Virus record (IMG/VR): IMGVR_UViG_3300042013_000067
Span: 96,001 to 160,000 of that record
Direction: 5' to 3' (one strand)
Length of the DNA: 64,000 nt
From: a virus
Taxonomy: Duplodnaviria > Caudoviricetes
How positions within the stretch are numbered: the first letter of the stretch is position 1; each line of letters starts with the position of its first letter. The notes under the pieces are model-generated. The model saw only the letters and a program-made list of their open reading frames with translations. It did not search any database and was not told the DNA's origin. Below, piece after piece: positions 18,281 through 27,106 of this stretch. The position numbers were made by a program, and so were the translations under genes.

Positions 18281-18715
18281 CTAAGCGGCAGGGGCTACAG
18301 TTGTAGTTTCACCAACCATCTTTTCAAATATAAATTTCAGTAGACCGAAGAACTCTTGAATTGTTAGTTTGAGTACATCGATTAACTCGGTGCTAACTGT
18401 TGCATCGCTATAGACCACCGCCATGGCCACAACGATTACCACCAGTGCCAAGACACCAGAACCAGCCAATATAAACTGCTTGTACATATCGGTACCTCGC
18501 ACGACACCCAGCTGGTGCTCCAGCAGCGCATTACGCTTGGCTTCGTTTACAATCTTGTAAACTTGAGCCAGCACAATGTATCCTGGGGTGTCTTTATCGA
18601 TGGTGCTCCCCTTTTTACCTAAAGATGCCAAAACCAACGCCCGGATAGCTGACGAATATGGACTGGCATTAAGTGGTCTATCGCCGAGGGAGATCAGCGC
18701 CTCCTGTAGCGTCAT
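18281..18715 (-). CDS. Putative holin-like membrane protein
   Basis: Start ATG 18715 behind GGAG SD; one long TM segment (FILAGSGVLALVVIVVAMAVVY) plus an amphipathic C-terminal helix; lies between the spanin pair and the endolysin. Confidence 0.5.
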   Translation of the reverse strand: MTLQEALISLGDRPLNASPYSSAIRALVLASLGKKGSTIDKDTPGYIVLAQVYKIVNEAKRNALLEHQLGVVRGTDMYKQFILAGSGVLALVVIVVAMAVVYSDATVSTELIDVLKLTIQEFFGLLKFIFEKMVGETTTVAPAA

Positions 18716-19100
18716 GGTTCTTCTCCATTGTTGTCTGTTGGTCGTACCAATCGTTAAGCGCTTTGACTTTGTCATTGCACAAACCGACCTGGAGGGTCTG
18801 GAGATCCCACGCTTCTTTAAACATCAAAGCGACGGCTTCCCATTGGGACTTTGCTTTGGGGTACTTAATGTACGCCGTTAAGACATCGTCTTTCGACGGT
18901 GGCTTATTGGGTACGCACTCCGTTAGCATTACCTTCGGCGGGACACGCGTCTCGGTCGTTGTACGCCCGACAGTACGTGTCCCACATCCCGCCAACAAGA
19001 ACAGCGATAGCAGCAGGATCAGGATCATTAGAAGCCACAGCAACCGGTTTGGGCGCGGTGGCCTTGGCTGGTTGTGGTTTGCGTGGAGCAATGTGGACAT
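18678..19100 (-). CDS. Putative o-spanin (outer-membrane lipoprotein, Rz1-like)
   Basis: ATG 19100 behind GAGGAGG SD; signal peptide with lipobox LLAGC; overlaps the 3' end of the i-spanin gene in another frame. Confidence 0.7.
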   Translation of the reverse strand: MSTLLHANHNQPRPPRPNRLLWLLMILILLLSLFLLAGCGTRTVGRTTTETRVPPKVMLTECVPNKPPSKDDVLTAYIKYPKAKSQWEAVALMFKEAWDLQTLQVGLCNDKVKALNDWYDQQTTMEKNHDATGGADLPRR

Positions 19101-19440
19101 CTGGTTTCCCCTCCTCAGGCTTTTCGTATTTGGTTGGGTCGTTGTTATCACGTTCGGCGAAATACTCTTCCAGTGTCTGCTGCCGGTAGTCCGACGCTTC
19201 TGCTATCTTGAGGTCTCGCTCGTAGGTGTATTTAAACACCGCGTTGTCAGTGATCACGGCCGCCTTCTTCTCGACCACTAGGAGATGTGACAAGTCCTGG
19301 GCTTGGGCAGTTAGTGTCTTGTTGCTTTCTTCCATGCGACCATAGTTCTTTACGAACGCCAAGCCGACTCCTAGCGCTGCAACAACGCAAAGAATGCCCA
19401 CCCATTCAAACCAAGGTAGTTTTCCTAAAAGCTTAAGCAT
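18904..19440 (-). CDS. Putative i-spanin (Rz-like)
   Basis: N-terminal TM (WVGILCVVAALGVGLAFV), helical periplasmic region, Pro-rich linker, C-terminal Cys pair; overlapped by a lipoprotein gene. Confidence 0.7.
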   Translation of the reverse strand: MLKLLGKLPWFEWVGILCVVAALGVGLAFVKNYGRMEESNKTLTAQAQDLSHLLVVEKKAAVITDNAVFKYTYERDLKIAEASDYRQQTLEEYFAERDNNDPTKYEKPEEGKPDVHIAPRKPQPAKATAPKPVAVASNDPDPAAIAVLVGGMWDTYCRAYNDRDACPAEGNANGVRTQ

Positions 19441-19458
19441 ACAATTCACGCCTCAGGG

Positions 19459-20070
19459 TTAAATAACCTTCCCGGTGTGTAAGTCGATTAACACCGTTGG
19501 CGTCCAACCCATCCGCAGCAATTGCATGAGATAGTAACCAATGGCGACAGCATCGACGCTGTGTTCATCCAGTGTATCGATGTCGACACCCCAGTTGATA
19601 TCAGTGCGTTTCTTCAGGGCACGGGTGACGTCCATTTTATCTTTGAACTTACCCACAACCCCTGCGGCTTTCTTGGCTGACATAGGGTCAACCATTAATA
19701 ACGGCATGGTAGGATCGTAGCGATACAACACATTCCGGATAACCGCCACGCATTCCACGAGGGTCGCATACGCATCAGCGAAACGACCCTTGTAGTTAGA
19801 TTCACAGATCACCAAGTGAGGACGGAACTCATCGAGGATATCGCCGAGGCTGTCGTCTAGGTGATGGAGACGGGCAATCCGATCGGTGCCCATCTCGCGA
19901 ATCGTGCAATAGCGTTTATCACTGTCGGGAAACTTCAGTGTGTAGGCATGTACCAGATCATACTGAGGAGACTCGAAATCCCAATGCCAATGGGCAATAC
20001 CCGTGTTGTAGCTGCCTGGGTCAATAGTAAGCACCCGTAGTGGCTCGTTACTTTCGGGCAGAGTAAACAT
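19459..20070 (-). CDS. ruvC: Holliday junction resolvase, RuvC-like
   Basis: RNase H-fold catalytic motifs VLTIDPG, ICES, and DEHSVDAVAIG. Confidence 0.85.
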   Translation of the reverse strand: MFTLPESNEPLRVLTIDPGSYNTGIAHWHWDFESPQYDLVHAYTLKFPDSDKRYCTIREMGTDRIARLHHLDDSLGDILDEFRPHLVICESNYKGRFADAYATLVECVAVIRNVLYRYDPTMPLLMVDPMSAKKAAGVVGKFKDKMDVTRALKKRTDINWGVDIDTLDEHSVDAVAIGYYLMQLLRMGWTPTVLIDLHTGKVI

Positions 20071-20960
20071 CAGCTCAGCCAGGTAGTACCGTTGAGGCTG
20101 TTGGTGCCCAGCAGTGGTTCGGTGTTACCCACGTCGAAGGCCAGTGTTGCACCGGTGGAGCTGTAACCGATGGCATGGTGGGTGGAGATGATCACGTTGA
20201 GTTGGCATGCAATCACTTCGTTGAACAGGAAGCTACCGGCACCGCCGTTGGTGGCTTGTACGTTGCGATCCACACCCGAGCAGAAGCCAAGTTCGGAGAT
20301 CACAGGCGAACGGTTCGAACCGGTACGTACGCGGTGTGCGTTGACCATTTCAGCCACTACGTTTTCGCTCAAACGCACAGTGATGATAGCCGAGGCCGAG
20401 ATACTGGTATCGCTACCGAGCACTACGCCACTGTTGGTGATTTGTGGTGGGACTGGGTTGAGGTTGTCTGCAGTCGGGGTGTAAGGTTCTACAACCACTT
20501 CACCTTCGACCACACGGATCGATTGCAACGACGCCGTCACGGTGGAGTAATCCAGACGCAGGGCGTAGTAGGCAATCTTGTTGACGCCATTATGTGGCTC
20601 GATACGGCGCAGGCCGAAATCCTTACGGATATCTACCGGTAGATCGTCATCGGTATCACGCAGCACGATCGGGATCAGACCGTAGAGACCCGCGTCTTCA
20701 GCATCGTGAGGGACCGGGATGATCTCATCGGAACCATCGCTGGCTACGGTGGTAGCATGGCCACGGTTACCGAACACGAGGTACTTCATGGTCGGGTCTT
20801 CACCCACCGATGGCGCGATGGAAGGTTGGATGCCCAGACGTTCGTTCAGGGTGGTGTTGGGGATCATGGTGAACGGCAGGCCCAGTTTCAAGCAGGTCTG
20901 CAAATACGCCCCGTACACCGTACGGCAGACGTGGATAATCTGATTGTCTACAGCAGACAT
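20070..20960 (-). CDS. Virion structural (tail/baseplate) protein, phiKZ gp139-like
   Basis: Start ATG 20960 (GGAGAGG SD); RT.YG..LQT.....LP.....NTTLNE and Y...GNRGH motifs; stop overlaps the ruvC start. Confidence 0.7.
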   Translation of the reverse strand: MSAVDNQIIHVCRTVYGAYLQTCLKLGLPFTMIPNTTLNERLGIQPSIAPSVGEDPTMKYLVFGNRGHATTVASDGSDEIIPVPHDAEDAGLYGLIPIVLRDTDDDLPVDIRKDFGLRRIEPHNGVNKIAYYALRLDYSTVTASLQSIRVVEGEVVVEPYTPTADNLNPVPPQITNSGVVLGSDTSISASAIITVRLSENVVAEMVNAHRVRTGSNRSPVISELGFCSGVDRNVQATNGGAGSFLFNEVIACQLNVIISTHHAIGYSSTGATLAFDVGNTEPLLGTNSLNGTTWLS

Positions 20961-21020
20961 TTTCCTCTCCTCGTGATAGGAATGAGCCAATTGGTTCTGT
21001 ATGATTGTACAAACAAGTTA

Positions 21021-21053
21021 TAAAAGCCTCCCCGATCGGGGAGGCTTATGTCG
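21021..21053. terminator. Palindromic intergenic element
   Basis: TAAAAGCCTCCCC GATC GGGGAGGCTTATGTCG. Confidence 0.7.
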
Positions 21054-21554
21054 TTAAGTGAAATCGGACAACTTGCCCAAAACCATCGTGTTCGCCCACA
21101 GCGCGTCCAACTTGGATTTCTTCACCTCATGAATTTGCGAGACGTGGAAAGCGATACCTTCCCCCGCATTCAACACGACCTTGTTGCTGTTGATCACGAT
21201 GTGCTGCCCGTCATTGATAGCGTACGCCACAATGATTGCCGAGCGTTCACCCAGCTCTGCCCAAGTGGTCATGACGTCCAAGAACCCGACGTTCTTCGGG
21301 AACTCTAGGAAGTAACCCACCAACGCCTTGGCTACATGAGCGCGGTTATCAAACGCGGTCTTGAAACGTTGACGTTGCTCCGCGGTCCACTTGAACCAAC
21401 GAGTGTCTTTGTAGACACTGGGTTTGGCCCCGAGGTTAGCACCCATACGCAGGCGATGAGACGTGGCGAATGGAGGACTGAACTCACTGTAAAGAGCAAG
21501 TAGTTGGGCTACCGACTCCTCCGGGAGTTTCTGTAAATGGATGTAATCAGGCAT
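21054..21554 (-). CDS. Degenerate 2OG-Fe(II) dioxygenase-like (double-stranded beta-helix) protein
   Basis: ATG 21554 behind GGAG SD; DSBH-like pattern with distal His (GIAFHVSQIHEV) but FLDVM where HxD is expected; same layout as the adjacent oxygenase. Confidence 0.5.
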   Translation of the reverse strand: MPDYIHLQKLPEESVAQLLALYSEFSPPFATSHRLRMGANLGAKPSVYKDTRWFKWTAEQRQRFKTAFDNRAHVAKALVGYFLEFPKNVGFLDVMTTWAELGERSAIIVAYAINDGQHIVINSNKVVLNAGEGIAFHVSQIHEVKKSKLDALWANTMVLGKLSDFT

Positions 21555-21564
21555 ACTGACTCCG

Positions 21565-22047
21565 TTATTCGTAAAGGAAGATAGCCACATAACGCAGCGA
21601 CTTCACAGGAGGGACCATGTGGGGTGCACTCACATCACTGAAGCACACGCCCTCACCCAACACGTCAGGGTAGAACACCCCTTCCACTTCAAGCCCATCC
21701 CCATCTGCACACAGGGGAATCACCAGATTCTTCCGGAAGTTTTGGATGTCGATATGTTCGGGCATCCAATCACCCGGTTTATACCGGTTGATAATAGCTT
21801 CGGTCAGATAGTAGCCGGGGTATTTGGGGGCTAAGGAACACAGCAGTGTGTTAAAGGCCTTAGGCTGTTGGCGGTCACCGAGGAAATCATAACTGGCTGC
21901 CACACCTTGGGTGGTGGGGCGACTATTGATCTTGGCACGATGAAACCACCGTGCCTCATGCATTTCACCCAGTTGTTGTTTCAGGTCGTCGCATACGTCC
22001 TTAGAAAACTGTACCACCGGTAACTTCTTTAGCACCGTAGGCTTCAT
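21565..22047 (-). CDS. 2OG-Fe(II)-dependent dioxygenase
   Basis: Start ATG 22047; INRY..GD.MPEHID (HxD), APH (distal His), RYV (2OG-binding Arg). Confidence 0.8.
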   Translation of the reverse strand: MKPTVLKKLPVVQFSKDVCDDLKQQLGEMHEARWFHRAKINSRPTTQGVAASYDFLGDRQQPKAFNTLLCSLAPKYPGYYLTEAIINRYKPGDWMPEHIDIQNFRKNLVIPLCADGDGLEVEGVFYPDVLGEGVCFSDVSAPHMVPPVKSLRYVAIFLYE

Positions 22048-22600
22048 GCAAACCACCTTCCAGTTGAGCTTCTTGATCCGCAGCCTCTTGCTCCAGCGAG
22101 ATGTAAACGTGGGCACTAGACCCCGCGTAGTACGCCTTACGCTGCGTGTTGGCGGCCTTGACTTCACTGACGTAGTCGTTCATTTCATCGAGAACCGTCA
22201 AAGCCGCAGCCAGCTGTGGATCAGGGTTGTCGCCCAACAGCCCTTGGACTACACGACCGAGGTGCTCGATGGCGTTGCCAATGTTGTTGACTTGGTTGAT
22301 CACTGGGTAGAGCTTGGTGATCTTCTGTTGCGCCGCCAGATCGAGTTGACTTTCATAGATCGGCAGTTCTGCCTGTACCCGATCCACGATCGTGTAGTCG
22401 GGGTACGTACCCCGCACCTCGTGATTCTGAAAGTCGAAGGCTTCATGTTCGACGTAAATGAAGTACTCGTTGTTCAGTGTGGCAGGGTCCACCCAACCCA
22501 GTACCGAGGTAAATGCCCCGCTGACTTTGTTGAACTGCAACAGTACCTTCGTCCCGCCCGTTGGAATCGAGGCAACGGCAGAAGAGATTGTATCGGACAT
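22001..22600 (-). CDS. Tail-fibre-associated protein
   Basis: 199 aa, GGAG SD, directly downstream of the NPH-repeat tail genes; overlaps the oxygenase start. Confidence 0.6.
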   Translation of the reverse strand: MSDTISSAVASIPTGGTKVLLQFNKVSGAFTSVLGWVDPATLNNEYFIYVEHEAFDFQNHEVRGTYPDYTIVDRVQAELPIYESQLDLAAQQKITKLYPVINQVNNIGNAIEHLGRVVQGLLGDNPDPQLAAALTVLDEMNDYVSEVKAANTQRKAYYAGSSAHVYISLEQEAADQEAQLEGGLHEAYGAKEVTGGTVF

Positions 22601-22615
22601 TGTGTATCTCCAGAG

Positions 22616-23959
22616 TTAGATCAACCAAGCGGCCCAGCCGCCGGCAGTACGCAAAAGGAATTTGACTTCAGGCAGGTTCCACGTGGTATGACCCACCGCA
22701 GCGCGATAACCCATGACCACAGCCTTGGAGTTGATCGGATATGCGTTGGTATCAGCGAACCACGTATTTAGGTAGTTGATGGCGGTGTTGATGTTGTAGT
22801 TGGCCACAGACGTCCGCACGTAGAGAATCTTGTTGCGGTTGACCTGTGCATCCATTTCCGCCATCAAGGTCTGCCAGCTCTTCCAGACCCCGTTACCCAT
22901 CAACACCGTGTCATTGTTCGCACCACCCGCGCCCAAGGCCGCGTTATTGAACAAACCTTGGGTGATCAGATCGGCTGAGAGGTTGGTGTTACAGTAAGAC
23001 TTCCAACCCGCCCGGTCATAACCAAAGATCTTCTGACTGTTTGCCGCTGGAGTCAGCTTATGCAGGCGGCCGGCCAATGTCGTGTTGATGCTGGTGGTGG
23101 TATAGGCATCGACGTCTTGGGCACGAATAGCATGTGGGTTGTTGAAGTCGGAGATATGCTGGTTCAGCTCTGGGATCAATACCCCGTTGATCGCGGTCAA
23201 TCCAGTCTCAGGCGTCGAGTAGTACTGATCCAACGTGGAGTTGAGGCTCTCAGACAGCAACGCCATACGCCAGTTCTGAAGATTGCCCAAACCGATCTTG
23301 GTTTTGTCATCGGCATGCGGGTTATTGACGTCTTCGATGTGCAGGCGCAGTAGGTCCTGTTCTTGGGTCAGACGGGTACGAGCCAAGGTGTGATAACCGT
23401 CGGCGTAGTTACGCATTTCTTGAATGATCGACTCATCATTCAACGCCAACAGATCACGCACTCGGTTCAGCACCGTGATGGTGTTCTCTGTACCGTACAG
23501 CTGCCAGTATTCGTCATAGTGGTCAGCTGGGTTAAACCCATTTGGTTTGTTGACGACGTCTTCCCAATCCACCCGGAAGTTATCCTGATTGATTGCATCC
23601 AGCAGGGCCTTCAACTCTTCAGTGTTGACACCGAAGTTACCACCTACCGCTTGGTAGTTGAGAGTGAGTGTATTACTCACCTCAAGGTTAGTAATGACAA
23701 TGAAGGCATAGACTGGTTTCGTGGTGAGCTGTGACAAGTCCCGGTACAGATACGTGGTGGTGTAATCTGTCCCCGGTACTAATCGACGGGCGCCATCGTA
23801 GATCTTGAGGCTGTCGTCATTATAGAACGCCCCGAAGCGGGGTAGCAGGATACGGTGGGGTAATGCATCTACCCGCACCAAGGTCCGGCTTTCGTTCTGG
23901 ACACGGTTCGACAACTTCGTGCCCTTAAGGTCCAAGGGCAAAAGCGTGAGCATGGGCAT
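22616..23959 (-). CDS. Tail fibre/baseplate-attached protein (phiKZ gp145/146-like family)
   Basis: N-terminal LPLD..G....N.V..E motif and two HxxxxxNPH repeats; paralog of its neighbours. Confidence 0.75.
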   Translation of the reverse strand: MPMLTLLPLDLKGTKLSNRVQNESRTLVRVDALPHRILLPRFGAFYNDDSLKIYDGARRLVPGTDYTTTYLYRDLSQLTTKPVYAFIVITNLEVSNTLTLNYQAVGGNFGVNTEELKALLDAINQDNFRVDWEDVVNKPNGFNPADHYDEYWQLYGTENTITVLNRVRDLLALNDESIIQEMRNYADGYHTLARTRLTQEQDLLRLHIEDVNNPHADDKTKIGLGNLQNWRMALLSESLNSTLDQYYSTPETGLTAINGVLIPELNQHISDFNNPHAIRAQDVDAYTTTSINTTLAGRLHKLTPAANSQKIFGYDRAGWKSYCNTNLSADLITQGLFNNAALGAGGANNDTVLMGNGVWKSWQTLMAEMDAQVNRNKILYVRTSVANYNINTAINYLNTWFADTNAYPINSKAVVMGYRAAVGHTTWNLPEVKFLLRTAGGWAAWLI

Positions 23960-23969
23960 CTTGGGCTCC

Positions 23970-25316
23970 TTAAAGTGGTTGCCAGTTTACGTTGTCGACT
24001 TTCACCCAGCACTGTAGACGCCACGATGCACGCGACTCAGAAGAGTTACCGTAGCCCCAGTAGCCGTCATAGTAGTTCATGACCAAGGCCAGAGCGCCGG
24101 GTGGCCAGATCTGGGTATTCGAGAAAGTGGCCGCTAGGGTAGCGGCTACGTTAGTACCGTAGGCACCCTGTACGTAGGTGATCTCAGTACCACGTTTAGC
24201 GAACTGAGTGATCTTGGCTGCGATATCAATAACCTGGTTGTTAGCAACCAAGGCATGTGTTGAGGTTAAACCACCGGCCAAGGTCAGCCGCTGCGTACCC
24301 ACACGACCACTGACGATCTGAGCGGCGTTCAGGTTACTCTTAACGTTACTCAGCAGAGCCGTCCAGTCATAGCCTTCCAACTTGTAAGTGCTGAAAGCAA
24401 GGGCGGTCTTATCCAGACGATCGAGCAGTTTCGCTTCGGTTTCTGGGATGGTGTAGGTATCCGCTTGAGCAGCAGTCACCCGGTGTGGGTTATCCGTACG
24501 GGCGATGTGCGCCGTCAGATCTGTTGAGAAGTTGACATCGATCATCTGCTTGAAACGCTGCACCGTCAGGTAACGTTGCTGCGAGTTGAAGCCCCGTGTA
24601 GTGGCTTCAGCCGAACTGACGATTGGATAGTTCACCACGTCGCTCAAGCCCACCTGTGTTTTGGTGACACGGTGTGGGTTATCCGCCGCCATATGCTGTT
24701 GCAGCGTGAGCAACAGGGTGTCAAACTCAAGGTCCAGTACATCCATGCGGGTATCGAAACCCAAACGGATATCTTGGTACGTACGCGCTGAGATTGACAG
24801 CTTAGCGATGGTGATCCGGTCGATGGCCTCAACCATCCCTTCGAACCCGTAGAGTTCCCACATGGCATGCAGGTGACCACCGACTTCGAAGGTATCTGGT
24901 TTACCCGTGATGTTACGATAAGTCGGGTTACGCGTCGGGTTAAGCAAACCAGCCGACATGTCTGCAATGGCAGGTGTTACATCACAGTACTTACCGCCCA
25001 CCATACTGGCGTTGATAAATACTTCTTGGGTGACTCGCGGATTGAGGATAACAATGACCGAACAGATTTCAAAGCCGGTCTCTTTCATCCCTGCCGCTGA
25101 AGCACCGACACACTGGTAGTCTTCGTCAGGTACCAACGGGTAACCCGCCGAGTCCTCAATCTCCAGGTGCTCGGTGTAGAAGTAACCATGATCCAACACA
25201 AGCGTTCGGTACGTCAACCCTGCTTGTTTGCTGAGGTCATGGTACTCACGCAGCATCCGGTTGCGCGGCAATCGACCCGTAGAGTCAAAAGGCAGCGCGT
25301 AAATGACTGGCGTCAT
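23970..25316 (-). CDS. Tail fibre/baseplate-attached protein (gp145/146-like family)
   Basis: Start ATG 25316; LPFDSTG..P.N motif; two NPH repeats. Confidence 0.75.
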   Translation of the reverse strand: MTPVIYALPFDSTGRLPRNRMLREYHDLSKQAGLTYRTLVLDHGYFYTEHLEIEDSAGYPLVPDEDYQCVGASAAGMKETGFEICSVIVILNPRVTQEVFINASMVGGKYCDVTPAIADMSAGLLNPTRNPTYRNITGKPDTFEVGGHLHAMWELYGFEGMVEAIDRITIAKLSISARTYQDIRLGFDTRMDVLDLEFDTLLLTLQQHMAADNPHRVTKTQVGLSDVVNYPIVSSAEATTRGFNSQQRYLTVQRFKQMIDVNFSTDLTAHIARTDNPHRVTAAQADTYTIPETEAKLLDRLDKTALAFSTYKLEGYDWTALLSNVKSNLNAAQIVSGRVGTQRLTLAGGLTSTHALVANNQVIDIAAKITQFAKRGTEITYVQGAYGTNVAATLAATFSNTQIWPPGALALVMNYYDGYWGYGNSSESRASWRLQCWVKVDNVNWQPL

Positions 25317-25327
25317 GGATATACCCC

Positions 25328-26707
25328 TTAGCCTAGAACGAACCAACCCGTTTGTGTACGGATACAGGCCCGGAAAGAATCGTGAGAACGTGGTGTGTTA
25401 GCACCGTTGGCGTAACGATAGGTTTCCACGTTGGTTACGGTGAAGATCACCACAGTGCCCCATGGGTAGGCCGCCTCGTTGGCGAAGGTAACCCGGATAT
25501 TGGCAAGGGCGGTGTCATTGTTGCCCTGATGCCCAGCCCAGTAGATCTCAGCACCACCACCCGCCGTGAACCAGATGTAAAGATCCGGGAAGCGAACCCA
25601 AGAACCTGTAGCGATCAGCAGTGTTTCGGCTGTCGGGGTATTGATCCCTAGTCGCGCTGGGTTGACACGGTTAACGTTAAAGTTAGCCGCGTTCAGGTTC
25701 ATCCGCATTTCGTTGTATGCGGGGATCTGACTGAGGTTTACCGTAGCACCGGGGTTGGAGGTCGTACGACCCATGATCCCGTTTGCACCCACCGCAGTAC
25801 CATCAACCGGCAGCTTAGTTTCAATACGGGTATCGAACGCCGACTTGATGTAGGTGTTGAGTTGCGCAGCGGTTGGGTTGTGGGTGGTGTAGCGCGCATC
25901 CAAGTGAGTTTGCAGTGGCAACTCACCGAACTGAGCCATCATGTCGAACACGCCACGGGTGGTCAGGTAGTGCGACGCACTGACCCCAGCCTTTGCCGTT
26001 ATGGTGTTGGCCACTGCATAGTTTTGCAGCTGATCCAGTAGCACGTCATTCTTGTCAACACCATGCGGGTTGGCTTGGTTGTTGACGTGTGAGCTAACCT
26101 GACCGGTGAAGCGGGCAATGAACTCTTGATAGCGCAGACGGATGTTATTCCGTTCTAGCGTTTCAGCATTACCGTCACCCGACGTGGTAGCGGCTGTAAG
26201 GCGTTCCACGGCCGAGTTGAGGTTACCGTAGTGGTAACGCTCCCAACGGTCCTCCTGAAGCTCCCCAGGCTGCCACTGAGGCTCATCACCGATATAGCCA
26301 GCCCATACTGGGACCACGCCATTCGGTAAGCCTTCCAGATAAGCGATGGTATCGTCTTCTACGGTCATCGAGAAGGCGTAATCACCCCCAACCAACTGAC
26401 CACCCAAAAGGACATAATCGGTTAATGCCGCATTGATCAATACCACCGCTGAACATATTTCAATGCCGACATAAGCACTGGCATCCACGTGTTTGTACGT
26501 GGCGATGTAGTCAACATTGGGCGTCAACAGTTTGAAAGTCTTGTCGTAAACTTTGAGGCTGGGGGAGTAAAAACCCCCTTGCGAGAACGAAACAACACGA
26601 TACGGTGTGTCACCCCGTGCCAGCAGGAGTTGTTTCTCACCGGGCACCAAGTTGGTCGGGCTGCGGCCCGTAGTATCCAACGGGTACTTGGAGATTACCA
26701 TAGGCAT
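25328..26707 (-). CDS. Tail fibre/baseplate-attached protein (gp145/146-like family)
   Basis: YPLD.TG.SP.NLV..E motif; one NPH repeat plus a degenerate copy. Confidence 0.75.
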   Translation of the reverse strand: MPMVISKYPLDTTGRSPTNLVPGEKQLLLARGDTPYRVVSFSQGGFYSPSLKVYDKTFKLLTPNVDYIATYKHVDASAYVGIEICSAVVLINAALTDYVLLGGQLVGGDYAFSMTVEDDTIAYLEGLPNGVVPVWAGYIGDEPQWQPGELQEDRWERYHYGNLNSAVERLTAATTSGDGNAETLERNNIRLRYQEFIARFTGQVSSHVNNQANPHGVDKNDVLLDQLQNYAVANTITAKAGVSASHYLTTRGVFDMMAQFGELPLQTHLDARYTTHNPTAAQLNTYIKSAFDTRIETKLPVDGTAVGANGIMGRTTSNPGATVNLSQIPAYNEMRMNLNAANFNVNRVNPARLGINTPTAETLLIATGSWVRFPDLYIWFTAGGGAEIYWAGHQGNNDTALANIRVTFANEAAYPWGTVVIFTVTNVETYRYANGANTPRSHDSFRACIRTQTGWFVLG

Positions 26708-26785
26708 TTTGCACTCCGAAGCGATATTCGAAAAATAAGTAGGGTAGACATGGTGCCGAAACGACCATGTCTACCCTAGTTAGGT

Positions 26786-27106
26786 TTAGCTGTCGAGGTC
26801 AGCGATCGTCGCATCGAACAGAGTAATCAACGGATCATAGATAGTTGCCGTTGCGTATTCGTCTGCACGTTTCGGTGACATCACCGTGTTGTTGTTTACA
26901 CCAGCCGCCGCCTGTTCTGGCGTGGCAGGGGCACGGTTCTGAACTTTACTCAACCCCACGTCGAACTTGTCAACGCGATGTGGGTTGCTAACGTCCAGGA
27001 TGTGACCTTTAACTTGAGTGATCGCAAACTCAAGCTTGGTCTTCTGTGCCGCATACAGCGAACCGAGCGTCGTAATAAACGTCGTGAACGCACTAGACAT
27101 GCTCAT
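26786..27106 (-). CDS. Small tail protein with one NPH repeat
   Basis: HILDVSNPHRVDKFDVGLSKVQN; GAGGAGG SD. Confidence 0.7.
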   Translation of the reverse strand: MSMSSAFTTFITTLGSLYAAQKTKLEFAITQVKGHILDVSNPHRVDKFDVGLSKVQNRAPATPEQAAAGVNNNTVMSPKRADEYATATIYDPLITLFDATIADLDS

